Below are positions 51,698 to 61,925 of a DNA stretch of 64,000 nucleotides, piece after piece. Below the pieces are notes generated by a model. That model saw nothing but the letters and a program-made list of their open reading frames with translations, was not told the origin of the DNA and made no database searches. Source of the DNA: Deltaproteobacteria bacterium (GTDB taxonomy: Bacteria; Myxococcota; JACRCW01). Position 1 is the stretch's first letter. Every line of letters starts with the position of its first letter. The stretch spans positions 62,001 through 126,000 of the forward strand of contig JACRCW010000080.1 in NCBI GenBank assembly GCA_016218805.1. The letters run 5' to 3'. Made by a program: the position numbers and the translations under genes.

Positions 51698-53218
51698 ATG
51701 TTGATGCGTTGGTTCATCCCGCGGTGCCCTGCGTTGCTGGCGCTGGCGTTGCTCTCCGCCTGCCCGCCCGATCCGACGGGGAACTACCGCGGCTGCCGCG
51801 ACGACACGGATTGCCTCAACGGCTACCGCTGCGTGCAGTCCGGCGCCGACACCGCCGTCTGCGAACGCCGCGACAACAACACCGCCACCAGCGCGCCCAC
51901 CGCCACCAGCGCCGTTTCCGGCGGCGCCTCCTCGTCGGCGGCCGCCGCGTCATCAGGCCCGTTGTGCGACCTTGCACAACTTACGCGCACATGCACCGCG
52001 CTGGGCATGGCGCAGGATGGCAACCGGTGCCTGTGCGTGGCCATCCCGCCTGCGCCCGACGCGGGCGTGGACGCCGGAACCTGCAACCCCGTGCTGCTGC
52101 GCTCCATCTGTGACGCGCTGGGCAAGGACACGGATCCCGGCGCGTGCCTTTGCAGGGACTACCCGCCGGACGGCGGGTTTGACGCGGGACCAAACGGCTG
52201 CCGCGTGGACACGGACTGCGCCACTGGCGAGTTCTGCTGCGGACTGCGCTGCCAGCCCACCAACGCCAACACCATCAACCGGCATTGCGGCTGCGCGCCC
52301 GGCGTGCCGGGGGACACCGGCGTGGACTGCACCACGGGAACAAGTGGGCGGCGTTGCATGGGCCCTGCTGACGCGCCGCTGGACGTGCGTGACGGTGGCG
52401 TGCGCGGGCTATTGGCCGGCGCGGTGTGCGGCTGCGGGGATGAGCGGCTGGCGCCGGATGACTGCGGTGTCGACGGGGAAGGGCTGGCCGCGTACTGCGT
52501 AGACCACCGCTGCGCGTGGCAGTCCACCACGCAGTGCGGGCCCGCGCGGGAGCCGTGCAGCGCGGCGCGCGGCGGAATGCACTGCATTGCCCAGGACGGC
52601 GGGGCGGGCCGGTGTGCCTGCGACGCCAACGCGGCGGATGCCACGGCGGAGTGCCCGCCGCTGCAGTCCCAGTTCCGCGCGGCCAGCCGGTGCGCCAGCG
52701 GCACCCTGCCTGCACCGTGGGGCACCTGCGCGTGCGGGTCAGGAACCGCGCTGTGCGTGGGCAGCCCCACCAGCACCTGCTGCAACACGTCCGGGTCCGC
52801 CATGGCGTGTGTCAACGTGACGTCGGACAGCAGCCACTGCGGCATGTGCGGCGTGGTGTGCGAAGACAACAACGCCAAGGGCTGCGCCATGCGTGCGCCC
52901 GGCACGTTTGCCAGTTGCGCCGGCACCTACAGCTACTCCAACGACGAGTGCTACCCCGGCACCGCGCAGAACCCGTTGGCCACAACCAACAAGGTCCGCG
53001 CCGTGCAGACCGCCAGCTACGTCTACGCATGCGTGTGTGACGCGTTCCGCGCGTACGGTGACGAGAGCGCCTGCCCGCCGGGCTACCACTGCTGCCCCGC
53101 CGGTGTGGCGGACGCCGGCGCCGGCTGCTGCGAACGCGTCTGCACCACGCCCGCCGCCTCCAACCGCTGCTTCACGACGTGGCCCAGGGACGCCGGCACC
53201 GCTGACGCCGGCCCTTGA
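51698..53218 (+). CDS. Cysteine-rich surface lipoprotein
   Basis: Lipobox LLSAC, very high Cys content, DAG motifs and STIG1-like CVNVTSDSSHCGMCGVVC. RBS GGAGG. Confidence 0.85.
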   Translation: MLMRWFIPRCPALLALALLSACPPDPTGNYRGCRDDTDCLNGYRCVQSGADTAVCERRDNNTATSAPTATSAVSGGASSSAAAASSGPLCDLAQLTRTCTALGMAQDGNRCLCVAIPPAPDAGVDAGTCNPVLLRSICDALGKDTDPGACLCRDYPPDGGFDAGPNGCRVDTDCATGEFCCGLRCQPTNANTINRHCGCAPGVPGDTGVDCTTGTSGRRCMGPADAPLDVRDGGVRGLLAGAVCGCGDERLAPDDCGVDGEGLAAYCVDHRCAWQSTTQCGPAREPCSAARGGMHCIAQDGGAGRCACDANAADATAECPPLQSQFRAASRCASGTLPAPWGTCACGSGTALCVGSPTSTCCNTSGSAMACVNVTSDSSHCGMCGVVCEDNNAKGCAMRAPGTFASCAGTYSYSNDECYPGTAQNPLATTNKVRAVQTASYVYACVCDAFRAYGDESACPPGYHCCPAGVADAGAGCCERVCTTPAASNRCFTTWPRDAGTADAGP

Positions 53219-53279
53219 CGCTCCCCCGCCGCTCCCCCATATCCGCTCCGCCCGTCGACAACGCGGGCTGAGGTGCCTG

Positions 53280-55181
53280 ATGCGGCTCATCAAGATTGCG
53301 CTGTGCAGCGTGAATGCCACCGTGGGAAGCGTGAAGTCCAACGTGGACCGCTGCGTGCGCCTGGCCACGGAGGCGGCGCGGGACGGCGCCACCGTGGCCG
53401 CGTTCCCGGAACAGGTTGTCGGCGGGTATTCGCCGGAGGACCTGGTGCAGTGGCACGGGTTTGTGGAGGCGCAGTGGCGGGAGCTGTCACGCTTTGGCCG
53501 GGAGACGGCGGCGCTGGACCCCGTGTTCATCCTGGGCGTGACGGTGGGCGCGGGCGGGCACCTGTACAACGCGGTGGCGGTGGTGCACCGCGGCGCGGTG
53601 CTGGGCGTGGTGCCCAAGGAGAAACTGCCCACCTACGGCGTCTTCTATGAAGCCCGCACCTTCTCGCCGGGCGCGCCCGGCCTGTCCGGCAACGTTGCGG
53701 GTGTCCCCTTTGGTGACCTGGTGTTCGCGTTTGATTTTGGCACCCTGGGCGTGGAGGTGTGCGAGGACGCGTGGTCTCCTGACGGGCCGCTGCGCCGCCG
53801 CAGCTACGCGGGCGCCGAGCTCATAGTGAACGTCTCCGCCAGCCCGTTCCGCATGGGCGTCATGGGCACCCGCCGCGAAATGCTGGCCACGCGCTCCGCG
53901 GACAACCAATGCACGCTCGCGTACGTGAACCTGGTGGGCGCCAATGACGGGCTGGTGTTTGACGGTGGGGGCTTTGTGCACCAGAACGGCCGCCCCGCGC
54001 TGGAGGCCCCGCGCTTCCGTGAAGGGCTCGCCTCCGTCGTGGTGGACCTGGACCGCACGCGCCGGCTGCGCACGGAGAACACCACGTGGCGGCGGGATTG
54101 CCAGCAGGCGCTTGAACAGGTTGCGCGCCCCACCGTGGTGGAATGCACCGGCCGCACCGCGGACCGCACCGCGTTGGCCTATCCGTTTCCACCGCACCGT
54201 TCGTTCTTCCTCCCGGGCGCCGCCGCGCGGCGCACGGCGCGTGAGGAGTTTGCCGAGGACCTGCTGGACGCGCTGTCCACCGGCGTGGGCGACTACCTGG
54301 AGAAGACCGGCGCGTTCCGCGGGCTGGGCATTGCGCTCAGCGGCGGCCGGGACAGCCTGCTCACGCTGCTCGTTGCCTGGCGCTACCTGCAACGCCGCTT
54401 GGCGGACCTGTCGGAGACGGAACGCCGCGCCAAGGTGGGCGCGCTGATGCACGCGTTCTACATGCCCACGCGTTTCTCGTCGGACCACACACAGAAGAGC
54501 GCGCAGCGCATCAGTGATGACCTGGGCGTGCCGCTCAAGGTGGTGCCCATTGAGGAAGCCTTCAAACGCGAAGCGGACGCGGCGCGCGAAATGGTGGGCG
54601 GGGACCTCACGCCCGTGACCATGCAGAACGTGCAGGCGCGCATCCGCGGCCAACGCATGTGGAACTGGGCCAACACCACCGGGATGCTGTTCCTGCAGAC
54701 GGGCAACATGAGCGAAAAGGCGATGGGCTACACCACCATTGGCGGCGACCTGGAGGGCGCGCTGGCGGTGCTGGCCAATGTGCCCAAGACCGTTGTCATC
54801 TTCCTGCTGGAGTACCTGCTGGAGAAGCACGGCTTTGAAGGGATCCGCATGACGCTGGCCGCCCCCGCCGGGCCGGAGCTGGCTGCCAACCAGAAGGGCG
54901 AAGACGAATTGATGCCATTCCCCGTGCTGGACAGCTGCTTCTACCTGTACGCGGCGGAGAAGCTGTCACCGGCGGAGATGACACCGGTGTTGTGCACCAT
55001 GTTTCCTGAGTTTGACCGCGCGCAGGTGGACGCATGGGTGACGCGGTTCACGCGGCTGTTCGTGCAGTCCATCTACAAGTGGGTGCAGGCGCCGCTGAGC
55101 CTGCACGTCGGAAACCTGGATCTGGATCGCGAGCGCGCCCTGCAGCTTCCCGTGGTGGAGACGACGGAGTGGACGCGCTGA
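53280..55181 (+). CDS. nadE: Glutamine-dependent NAD+ synthetase
   Basis: Nitrilase-fold triad (FPE, PKEKLPTY, EVCEDAW) plus synthetase motifs ALSGGRDS, QNVQARIR and TGNMSE. Confidence 0.95.
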   Translation: MRLIKIALCSVNATVGSVKSNVDRCVRLATEAARDGATVAAFPEQVVGGYSPEDLVQWHGFVEAQWRELSRFGRETAALDPVFILGVTVGAGGHLYNAVAVVHRGAVLGVVPKEKLPTYGVFYEARTFSPGAPGLSGNVAGVPFGDLVFAFDFGTLGVEVCEDAWSPDGPLRRRSYAGAELIVNVSASPFRMGVMGTRREMLATRSADNQCTLAYVNLVGANDGLVFDGGGFVHQNGRPALEAPRFREGLASVVVDLDRTRRLRTENTTWRRDCQQALEQVARPTVVECTGRTADRTALAYPFPPHRSFFLPGAAARRTAREEFAEDLLDALSTGVGDYLEKTGAFRGLGIALSGGRDSLLTLLVAWRYLQRRLADLSETERRAKVGALMHAFYMPTRFSSDHTQKSAQRISDDLGVPLKVVPIEEAFKREADAAREMVGGDLTPVTMQNVQARIRGQRMWNWANTTGMLFLQTGNMSEKAMGYTTIGGDLEGALAVLANVPKTVVIFLLEYLLEKHGFEGIRMTLAAPAGPELAANQKGEDELMPFPVLDSCFYLYAAEKLSPAEMTPVLCTMFPEFDRAQVDAWVTRFTRLFVQSIYKWVQAPLSLHVGNLDLDRERALQLPVVETTEWTR

Positions 55182-55187
55182 ACTGCG

Positions 55188-55508
55188 TCAGCCCGCCAGT
55201 GCCAGCGCGCCACCGCGCAGCACCTCGTCGACAATGTGCGCGCGCTCGGACGGCTTGAGGCCCAGAAATTCAATGGCCGCCCGCCGGCCCTCGCTCCGCA
55301 ACACGCGGCCCAGCACGGTCACCGCCCACCGGTCCGCCGCGAACACCACGCGCAACGTGAGGAAGCTGCGCGCGGGCAACGGTTCAGGGGTCTCCAGCAG
55401 CATGCCGCCCGCGCCCACGTCCCGGCCCACCGCCACCACCGCATCCCGCTTCCGGCAGATGGCCACCTTCCCCTGGAACGCCGCCCTCTCAAATGCACGC
55501 CGTGACAT
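55188..55508 (-). CDS. Stand-alone PilZ-domain protein
   Basis: RRAFER (RxxxR) and DVGAGG (D/NxSxxG-like); GRVLR..AIEF. RBS GGAGG. Confidence 0.85.
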   Translation of the reverse strand: MSRRAFERAAFQGKVAICRKRDAVVAVGRDVGAGGMLLETPEPLPARSFLTLRVVFAADRWAVTVLGRVLRSEGRRAAIEFLGLKPSERAHIVDEVLRGGALALAG

Positions 55509-55720
55509 GTCCACGCCTCCTTGGAGCCCGCCCACCTTTCAACACGTTCCATGCCAATGGACACCGCGAGGTGGCCGGATGGAAACCCGGCCGTGGCGCC
55601 TGCGGTTTTGCGCACCGCCGCGGATTGGCCGGCAGAGGCGCAGGCCTGGGAAAACCGTGCACGCGTGACATTTCCGTCGGTGCACTAACGCGTGCGGCAT
55701 CCGCCGTTTGACGGATACGC

Positions 55721-57160
55721 TCACAGAATCCAGCTGACCCACGTGGCCGCGTACACAGCGACCAGCAACGCCGCCACCACATCCAGCAGCGCGCCGGTGC
55801 GCATCATGACGGGGAGGCGCACGTAGCCGCTGCCAAACACGATGGCATTGGGCGGCGTGCCGGCAGGCAGCGCAAAGTCGCACGACGCGGCCACCGTGGC
55901 AGAAAACAACAGCGGCAGCGACGGGGGCAGCACGTTCAGCATCACGTTGATGGTTGCGGTGTTGGAGGCCACGGCGGACAGCGCCACGGTGGACAGCGCC
56001 ACCACGCCGTACTGCACGGCCACCGGCTGGTCCTGCAGCCCGCGCAGCTGTCCCGCCAGCCACGTGGAGAACCCGCTGGTCTCCAGCCCCGCCGCCATGG
56101 CAAAGCTCCCGCCCAGCAGCAGCAGCGTGTCCCACGGCACGCGCTTCAACGTGGGCCAGGAGACGCGCCCCAGCGCCAGCACGGTGGCGCCTGCCAGCAT
56201 GGCCACCGTGGCCTCGTAGTGCTTGCCCTGGAAGCGGAAGCCGGGCCACGGCGCCGGCACGTGTGGGGCAATGACGTCCTTGAGCACGTCCCCCAGCATC
56301 CAGGCCACCGCGGCCACGGAGAACACCAGCGCCACCTGGCGTTCGCCGCGGCCCATGGGGCCCAGCGCCGTCAGCGCCGCGCGCAGCGTGTCCCGCCCGG
56401 TGCCGGAACGGGGCGCATCCCGGCGGCCGCTGAGCCACAGGAACAGCCAGCACACCGGCAACAGCAGCAACACAAACGGCAGCGCCGCGGCGACGTACTC
56501 AAAGAACCCGATGTCACGGTGGAGCACGCGGCTGGCGTACCCGCAAAAGATGGAGTTTGTGCCCGTTCCAATCTTGGTGCCAATGCCGCCGACGTTGGCG
56601 CCGTACGCCACCGCCAACATGATGGATCCGCCGTACGCCTGCAGGCGCCCGCCTCCCGCCTGCGCCTCCAGCTGCCGCACCAGCGCCAGCGCAATGGGGC
56701 ACATCATGACAGCGGTGGCCGTGTTGCTGATCCACAGGGACACCATCGCCGTGGCCAGCAGCATCCCCAGCAGCAGGCGCGGCGGATCCGTGCCCACCGC
56801 CGTCATGATCTGCAGCGCCACGCGCCGGTGCAGCCCCGTCTCCTCCATGGCCGCGCCCAGCACCATGCCGCCCAGGAACAGGAAGATGTACGCGTCCACG
56901 TACGGCGCCGCGGCGCCGGCCATCCCGTTCACGAAACCGCCGCCAAACACGCCCAGCAGCGGGAAGGCCACCAGCGGCACGCACGCCGTCACGCCAATGG
57001 GCAGCGCATCGGTGAGCCACCACAGCGCCATGAGCAGGGCGACGCCGGCCGCGCGCGCGGGACGGTCACCGGCGCCGGGGATGTCGCGCAGCGGGTTGGG
57101 GAGCACGCACAGGGCGGCGCATGCCACCACGCCCAGCAGGAGCCCCGCCCGTCGCCACAT
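55721..57160 (-). CDS. SLC13/DASS sodium:anion (dicarboxylate/sulfate) symporter
   Basis: WISNTAT, GGIGTKIGTGTN, VPWDTLLLLGG, ASNTAT and LPAGTPPNAIV. Confidence 0.92.
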   Translation of the reverse strand: MWRRAGLLLGVVACAALCVLPNPLRDIPGAGDRPARAAGVALLMALWWLTDALPIGVTACVPLVAFPLLGVFGGGFVNGMAGAAAPYVDAYIFLFLGGMVLGAAMEETGLHRRVALQIMTAVGTDPPRLLLGMLLATAMVSLWISNTATAVMMCPIALALVRQLEAQAGGGRLQAYGGSIMLAVAYGANVGGIGTKIGTGTNSIFCGYASRVLHRDIGFFEYVAAALPFVLLLLPVCWLFLWLSGRRDAPRSGTGRDTLRAALTALGPMGRGERQVALVFSVAAVAWMLGDVLKDVIAPHVPAPWPGFRFQGKHYEATVAMLAGATVLALGRVSWPTLKRVPWDTLLLLGGSFAMAAGLETSGFSTWLAGQLRGLQDQPVAVQYGVVALSTVALSAVASNTATINVMLNVLPPSLPLLFSATVAASCDFALPAGTPPNAIVFGSGYVRLPVMMRTGALLDVVAALLVAVYAATWVSWIL

Positions 57161-57272
57161 GGTCCGGCACCGCACTGCCTTGGGCTGATCCTGTCAAGGG
57201 ACTTGAAGGCCACGCGCGCTTCTGGAAGGTTGCCCCCGCCCGGCGCCCCCGCCGAGGCCGCGGAGTCCGACG

Positions 57273-57959
57273 ATGTCATCCGGCATGCTTCCCGTTGTTC
57301 GCGTGGCGCTGCTCCTGCTGGCCGTCTGTCTCCCCACGGTGGCGCGGGCCCAGGCCGCACCCGCGGACAACGCGGCCCCGCTGCCACCCGCCTCAGAAGG
57401 CGAGTTTGTCCCATATGCGCCGGCGCCGCCCGCCGACGCGGCAGCCACCCCGCCCCCGGCGACGACGACGACGACGACTCCCGCGCCGGCCGCGCAGCCC
57501 CCGCCGCCCGCCGCACCGCCTCCGGCCGCGGTGGAAGCGCCGCCACCCGTCATCAACGCTCCGCCTCCGGCCGCGCCCGCTTCGCCGCGTACGGACGACA
57601 AATGCGGCGGTCCGCGGCGCGGGTTCTTCCGTGGTCCCATCCCCAACTGGGCGGCTGGCGCCGTCGCGGGCGGTGCTGTGGGCGCGCTGGGGTTTTCGCT
57701 GCTGGGGCTGGGTGCCGCGCTGGTGATCAACATCGCCGTGGTGCGCGGGTACCTGCCCACGCCGTCTGCGCAGTTGCCGGGCGTGTACGCGCTGCCACTC
57801 GCCGCGCTGCCGCTGGGCGCCGTGCTGGGCGCGGTGGTGGGCGGTGTGGCCGCGCCGTTCATCCCCACCCTGCCCATCAGCCGTCCCTGCACCACGGGCC
57901 CCGGGAATGACCCCACGCTGCGGCAGAGCGGCACGGCGTCAGCACCCGGCACCGGCTGA
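57273..57959 (+). CDS. Pro-rich hypothetical membrane protein
   Basis: Signal peptide, Pro/Thr linker and two Gly-rich hydrophobic segments. Confidence 0.65.
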   Translation: MSSGMLPVVRVALLLLAVCLPTVARAQAAPADNAAPLPPASEGEFVPYAPAPPADAAATPPPATTTTTTPAPAAQPPPPAAPPPAAVEAPPPVINAPPPAAPASPRTDDKCGGPRRGFFRGPIPNWAAGAVAGGAVGALGFSLLGLGAALVINIAVVRGYLPTPSAQLPGVYALPLAALPLGAVLGAVVGGVAAPFIPTLPISRPCTTGPGNDPTLRQSGTASAPGTG

Positions 57960-58060
57960 CGGCAACCCCAACGCGGCAGCGGCGAGCGTACGCGCCTGCT
58001 GCCCAGACCCGATCCAGTCTGCCGCCCACAGGGCCCGTCCCAGATTTCTTTCTGGGAGGG

Positions 58061-58087
58061 TGTCCAATAAGGGGACCCTCGCGCGTC
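58061..58087 (+). promoter_or_regulatory. ECF42-type promoter candidate
   Basis: TGTCCA-N17-CGTC upstream of the YciI/ECF pair; resembles the TGTCGA...CGTC ECF42 motif. Confidence 0.55.
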
Positions 58088-58137
58088 ATCCTCCCAAAGA
58101 AGCCCGTACTTCGCGGGCGCCGCTTTCAGGAGAAGCC

Positions 58138-58485
58138 ATGTCTGATCGCAAGTTCCTCGTCCTGTTCCGCCGGGCTCCCCCGTCATCCCAGCAGCCGGAG
58201 CCTTCTGCGGAAGACATGCAGAAGATGTACGCCGTCTTCAACACGTGGAAGGAGAAGTACAAGCGCGAGATTCTCGACATGGGCAGCGCGCTCAAGCCCG
58301 GCGGCAAGGTGTGGCGGCATTCCGGCGTGACGGACGGACCCTTCGTTGAAGCCAAGGAGATTGTCGTGGGCTACATGATCGTGCAGGCCAAGGATTACGA
58401 CGCTGCGGTGCGCGTGGCGGCGGAAGGCCCGCCCGGGATGGCGCCGGACGGGGCGTTGGAGATTCGCGAGCTCGCTGCGCACTGA
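58138..58485 (+). CDS. YciI/DGPF-domain protein
   Basis: VTDGPFVEAKEIVVGY..LEIRE. RBS AGGAG. Confidence 0.92.
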   Translation: MSDRKFLVLFRRAPPSSQQPEPSAEDMQKMYAVFNTWKEKYKREILDMGSALKPGGKVWRHSGVTDGPFVEAKEIVVGYMIVQAKDYDAAVRVAAEGPPGMAPDGALEIRELAAH

Positions 58486-58490
58486 GTGGC

Positions 58491-59765
58491 ATGAAACCCG
58501 CGCGCACACCGTCGCCGGGAACCCCGCCGGCGCTCGTGGAGCATTCCTTCCGGCACGCCTACGGCAAGCTGGTGGCGGTGCTGGTGCGCAAGGTGGGCGT
58601 GCAGCATCTGGAGCGGGTGGAGGATGCGGTCCAGGGCGCCCTCCTGACGGCACTCACCGCATGGGATGCGCACGGCACGCCCACGGAGCCGGAGGCGTGG
58701 CTGTATCGTGTGGCCCACAACAACGTGATCAGCGCTCTCCGGCGGGAGGCAGGCCGCGCGCGCATCCTGGAGCGTGCCGGACAGGACGCGGATCAGGGCG
58801 CGGAAGTGAACGCGCCGCCGCATTTTGACGGGGAAGTCCCGGACGAACTCCTGCGCATGCTGTTTGTGTGCTGCCATGAATCCATTCCGCCGGATTCGCG
58901 GTTGGTCATGGCGCTGAAGACCTTGTGCGGCTTTGGCACCGGCGAGATTGCCGACCGCCTGTTCATCAGCGAAGCCCATGTGTTCAAACGCCTCGCGCGC
59001 GCGCGTGAGCGATTGCGCGAGCTTCTCGTCGACACCGAGACGCCGTCGCTGGACGCCATGCGGGCGCGCCTCCCGGGCGTGCACGCGGTCATCTACACCC
59101 TGTTCAACGAGGGCTACCTTTCCGCACGCCACGAACAGGCCATCCGCCGTGAATTGTGCGACGAGGCCATCCGCCTGGCAACGGTGTTGGCGAACCATCC
59201 TGCCGGCGCCACGCCCGAGACTTTTGCCTTGCTGGCGCTCATGCATCTGCACGCGGCGCGCCTTGATGCCCGGCGCGATATCACGGGCGGCCTGCTGCTC
59301 CTTGAGGAACAGGACCGGACGCGGTGGGACCAGACACGCATCCGCGCCGGCATGACGTGGCTGGCGCGCGCGGCCAGCGGTGAGACCTTCACGCGCTATC
59401 ACGCCGAGGCGGGTATTGCCGCCGAGCATTGCCTCGCGCCGTCGTTCGCGGAGACCCGCTGGAGCGAGATCGCCGACCTGTACGCCATGCTCGAGAGCAT
59501 TGACCCTTCCCCGTTGCACACGTTGAATCGCGCGGTGGCGATCGCCGAGGCCACCGGCCCTGAGGCGGCACTGGCATTGCTCCATGGAGTGATTCCGCCC
59601 AGCTGGCTGGAAGGCCATTACCTCTGGGCGGCGGTGCTGGCGGATCTTCACGGGCGTGCCGGGCACCGTGCACAAGCGGTCCGCTACGCCGAGACAGCGG
59701 TCAGTGCAGCGCCGACGGATCGCGTGCGCGAGGTGCTGCGCAGGCGCCTGGCGGGCAGGGTTTGA
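58491..59765 (+). CDS. ECF sigma factor with C-terminal TPR-like extension (ECF42 type)
   Basis: EDAVQ, WLYRVAHN, LRMLFVCCH, FNEGY, LEEQDRTRWD and LNRAVA. Adjacent to the DGPF gene. Confidence 0.93.
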   Translation: MKPARTPSPGTPPALVEHSFRHAYGKLVAVLVRKVGVQHLERVEDAVQGALLTALTAWDAHGTPTEPEAWLYRVAHNNVISALRREAGRARILERAGQDADQGAEVNAPPHFDGEVPDELLRMLFVCCHESIPPDSRLVMALKTLCGFGTGEIADRLFISEAHVFKRLARARERLRELLVDTETPSLDAMRARLPGVHAVIYTLFNEGYLSARHEQAIRRELCDEAIRLATVLANHPAGATPETFALLALMHLHAARLDARRDITGGLLLLEEQDRTRWDQTRIRAGMTWLARAASGETFTRYHAEAGIAAEHCLAPSFAETRWSEIADLYAMLESIDPSPLHTLNRAVAIAEATGPEAALALLHGVIPPSWLEGHYLWAAVLADLHGRAGHRAQAVRYAETAVSAAPTDRVREVLRRRLAGRV

Positions 59766-59938
59766 CGCGCTCCACGACGCGTCGTGACTTCGGGCGGGGT
59801 GTGTCGGATCTTCACAGCCCTTCCGTTCCTGCCCGCTCGCGTTTTGAAGCGCAGGCGTTACTGCGCGAGACTCGCTGCTGAAGGCAACGAAGGACGAACA
59901 TTGTCGCGGGTTCACCCGGTGGCTCGGGGAGGACGGTC

Positions 59939-60358
59939 ATGAAGGCGCTGGTCTACGTCATTGCGTGCCTGGTGTTGCCGGTGGGGTTGATCTTTGGCCT
60001 GCGAGGCCCCCCCACGACGACGGAGCCCGACGCTGCGGAGTTCACCGAACCCAAACCCCTCGGCACGTGTGCGTACCGCGACTGCCAGAGGAGTGCGGTG
60101 GACACGCTGCCCGTCCGCGTCACGGTGGGGACGGATGCAGAATCCCACCGGATCATCATCAACGTGGCCAACCGGGATGTGCCGCTGTGTGCCAAGGATG
60201 CCAGTCATGCGCGCAAGGGAAAGTGGCCGCTGTACGGTGCCGCGTTCTTCCTCCCGTTGGTCTTCATGATCGGGTTCTCCCTGTTCGTGTCAGTGGGGTT
60301 GCTGGGGCTTGGCTTGGTCCTGGGCGGCCGTCAGAAGCCGGCGGCCCCCAAGCGTTGA
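59939..60358 (+). CDS. Small hypothetical membrane protein
   Basis: RBS GGAGG; N- and C-terminal hydrophobic helices; C-x4-C...C-x4-H possible metal site. Confidence 0.65.
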   Translation: MKALVYVIACLVLPVGLIFGLRGPPTTTEPDAAEFTEPKPLGTCAYRDCQRSAVDTLPVRVTVGTDAESHRIIINVANRDVPLCAKDASHARKGKWPLYGAAFFLPLVFMIGFSLFVSVGLLGLGLVLGGRQKPAAPKR

Positions 60359-60483
60359 GGATGGGTGGTGTGCATCAGCGCCAATGCGGGCCACACCAGG
60401 AAGCGCGAAACAGCGCCGTGAGGAAGCGCAACACGCTGCGGATGACGGGGGATTCCTGGCCAAAGCCCCGTCGGCGCTGCGGC

Positions 60484-60984
60484 TCAGCCCTTCTTCCGCG
60501 CCGCCTTCAGCTCCGCCAACTGACGCTTCGCTTTCTCTTCGGGCGTCTCCGCGGGCGCGGCCGCAGCGGCGGAAGGATTCAACTCCCGGTCCAGCGCCAC
60601 GCGGTTCTCCGCCTCGCGGATGCCTTCCCGCGCGCGCGCCAGCGCCTGGTCCACCAGGGCATCCGACAGCGGGTCCCCCGGCTTGGCCACGCGCACGGCG
60701 GCCATCTGCGCGGCGCGCTCGCCTTCCTTGCCCACGCTGACCAGGCCGTCCATCTGCGCCAGCACCGCCGCGTGGTCGCGGTCCGCCTCCTCCGCGGCGG
60801 TCCGCTTGCGCGCCACGTCCTCGTCCAGCAGCGCGGCCTCGGGCGAACCCTCCGTGGCGGCGGCGCGTGCCTTCTCAGCGGCGGCCAGGGCCGCGGCGGC
60901 CTCCTCCTTGTGTGCCAGCGTGCGGCCGGCAATCTCACGGAGCTTGGCGCGGGCGTCGCGCACGGATTCGCGGGGCGTGTTCAT
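60484..60984 (-). CDS. Hypothetical coiled-coil protein (PspA-like tail)
   Basis: Ala/Glu/Arg-rich helix ending KAKRQLAELKAARKKG; codon usage like the core genes. Confidence 0.7.
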   Translation of the reverse strand: MNTPRESVRDARAKLREIAGRTLAHKEEAAAALAAAEKARAAATEGSPEAALLDEDVARKRTAAEEADRDHAAVLAQMDGLVSVGKEGERAAQMAAVRVAKPGDPLSDALVDQALARAREGIREAENRVALDRELNPSAAAAAPAETPEEKAKRQLAELKAARKKG

Positions 60985-61017
60985 GGGCGGGAAGCTACGC
61001 CCGCGCGCGGTGCGCCG

Positions 61018-61851
61018 TCACCTCTGGGGGAGCGCGGGGCAGATGTCCCGCAGCAGCCCCACAAAACGGCTCTCCACGGCGTTGGCCACGTCTTTCACCT
61101 CGGTGTGGCTGAGGGCCACCTTGCTGATGCCCGCCGCCAGGTTGGTGATGCATGAGATGCCCAGCACCGGCACGCCCAGGTGGCTGCAGGCAATGGCCTC
61201 GTGCACGGTGGACATCCCCACCGCGTCGGCGCCCAGCGTGCGCGCCATGCGGATTTCCGCGGGCGTCTCGTACTGCGGGCCGTTGAGGCCCAGGTAGACT
61301 CCGGACCGCAGCGTCAGGCCCATCCCCTTGGCCGCGCGGTGCGCCACCTCCTGCAGCTCAGCGGGATACACGTGGCTCATGTCAGGGAAGCGCGGGCCCA
61401 GCCGCACATCGTTGGGGCCGGTGAGCGGGCTGCGGCCGGTCAGGTTGATGTGGTCGGTGATGACCATGAGGTCACCGGGCTGCCAGTCTTCGTGGATACC
61501 GCCCGCCGCGTTGGTGAGCACCATGGTGCGAACGCCCGCGCGGATGAGCACGCGTGCCGGAAAGACCACGCCGGTGGGGTCGTAGCCTTCGTAGCCGTGC
61601 ACGCGTCCCTGCATGCACAACACCGCGCGGCCGTTGACGCTGCCTGCCACCATCTGGCCCCGGTGCCCCTCCACCGTCGACACGGGGAAGTGCGGGATGG
61701 TGGCGTAGGGGACGCGCACCGCGCCCTCCAGCTGGTCGGCAAACCCCCCCAGCCCGCTGCCCAGCACCACCCCTACCGTCGGGGGGAGACCGCCCAGGCG
61801 GTCGGCCAGGAAGGCCACGGCAGACTGGATCTGGTCAAAACCGAGCGGCAT
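61018..61851 (-). CDS. punA: Purine nucleoside phosphorylase (trimeric type)
   Basis: VLGSGLG, STVEGH.G, QGRVHGYEG, TNAAGG, GPQYETPAE and VGMSTVHE. Confidence 0.95.
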   Translation of the reverse strand: MPLGFDQIQSAVAFLADRLGGLPPTVGVVLGSGLGGFADQLEGAVRVPYATIPHFPVSTVEGHRGQMVAGSVNGRAVLCMQGRVHGYEGYDPTGVVFPARVLIRAGVRTMVLTNAAGGIHEDWQPGDLMVITDHINLTGRSPLTGPNDVRLGPRFPDMSHVYPAELQEVAHRAAKGMGLTLRSGVYLGLNGPQYETPAEIRMARTLGADAVGMSTVHEAIACSHLGVPVLGISCITNLAAGISKVALSHTEVKDVANAVESRFVGLLRDICPALPQR

Positions 61852-61925
61852 CGGTGCGTCCCTTCGGCAGGCGGTGCGTCGCTGAAGCTACCATGCAGCG
61901 TGGACGGCCCGGCAATTTTCCGGCG

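Noticed and set aside
55541..55560. Possible sigma-54 promoter for the PilZ gene (TGGCAT on the minus strand)
   Set aside because: The -12 position reads GTGT rather than TTGC; the invariant GC is missing.
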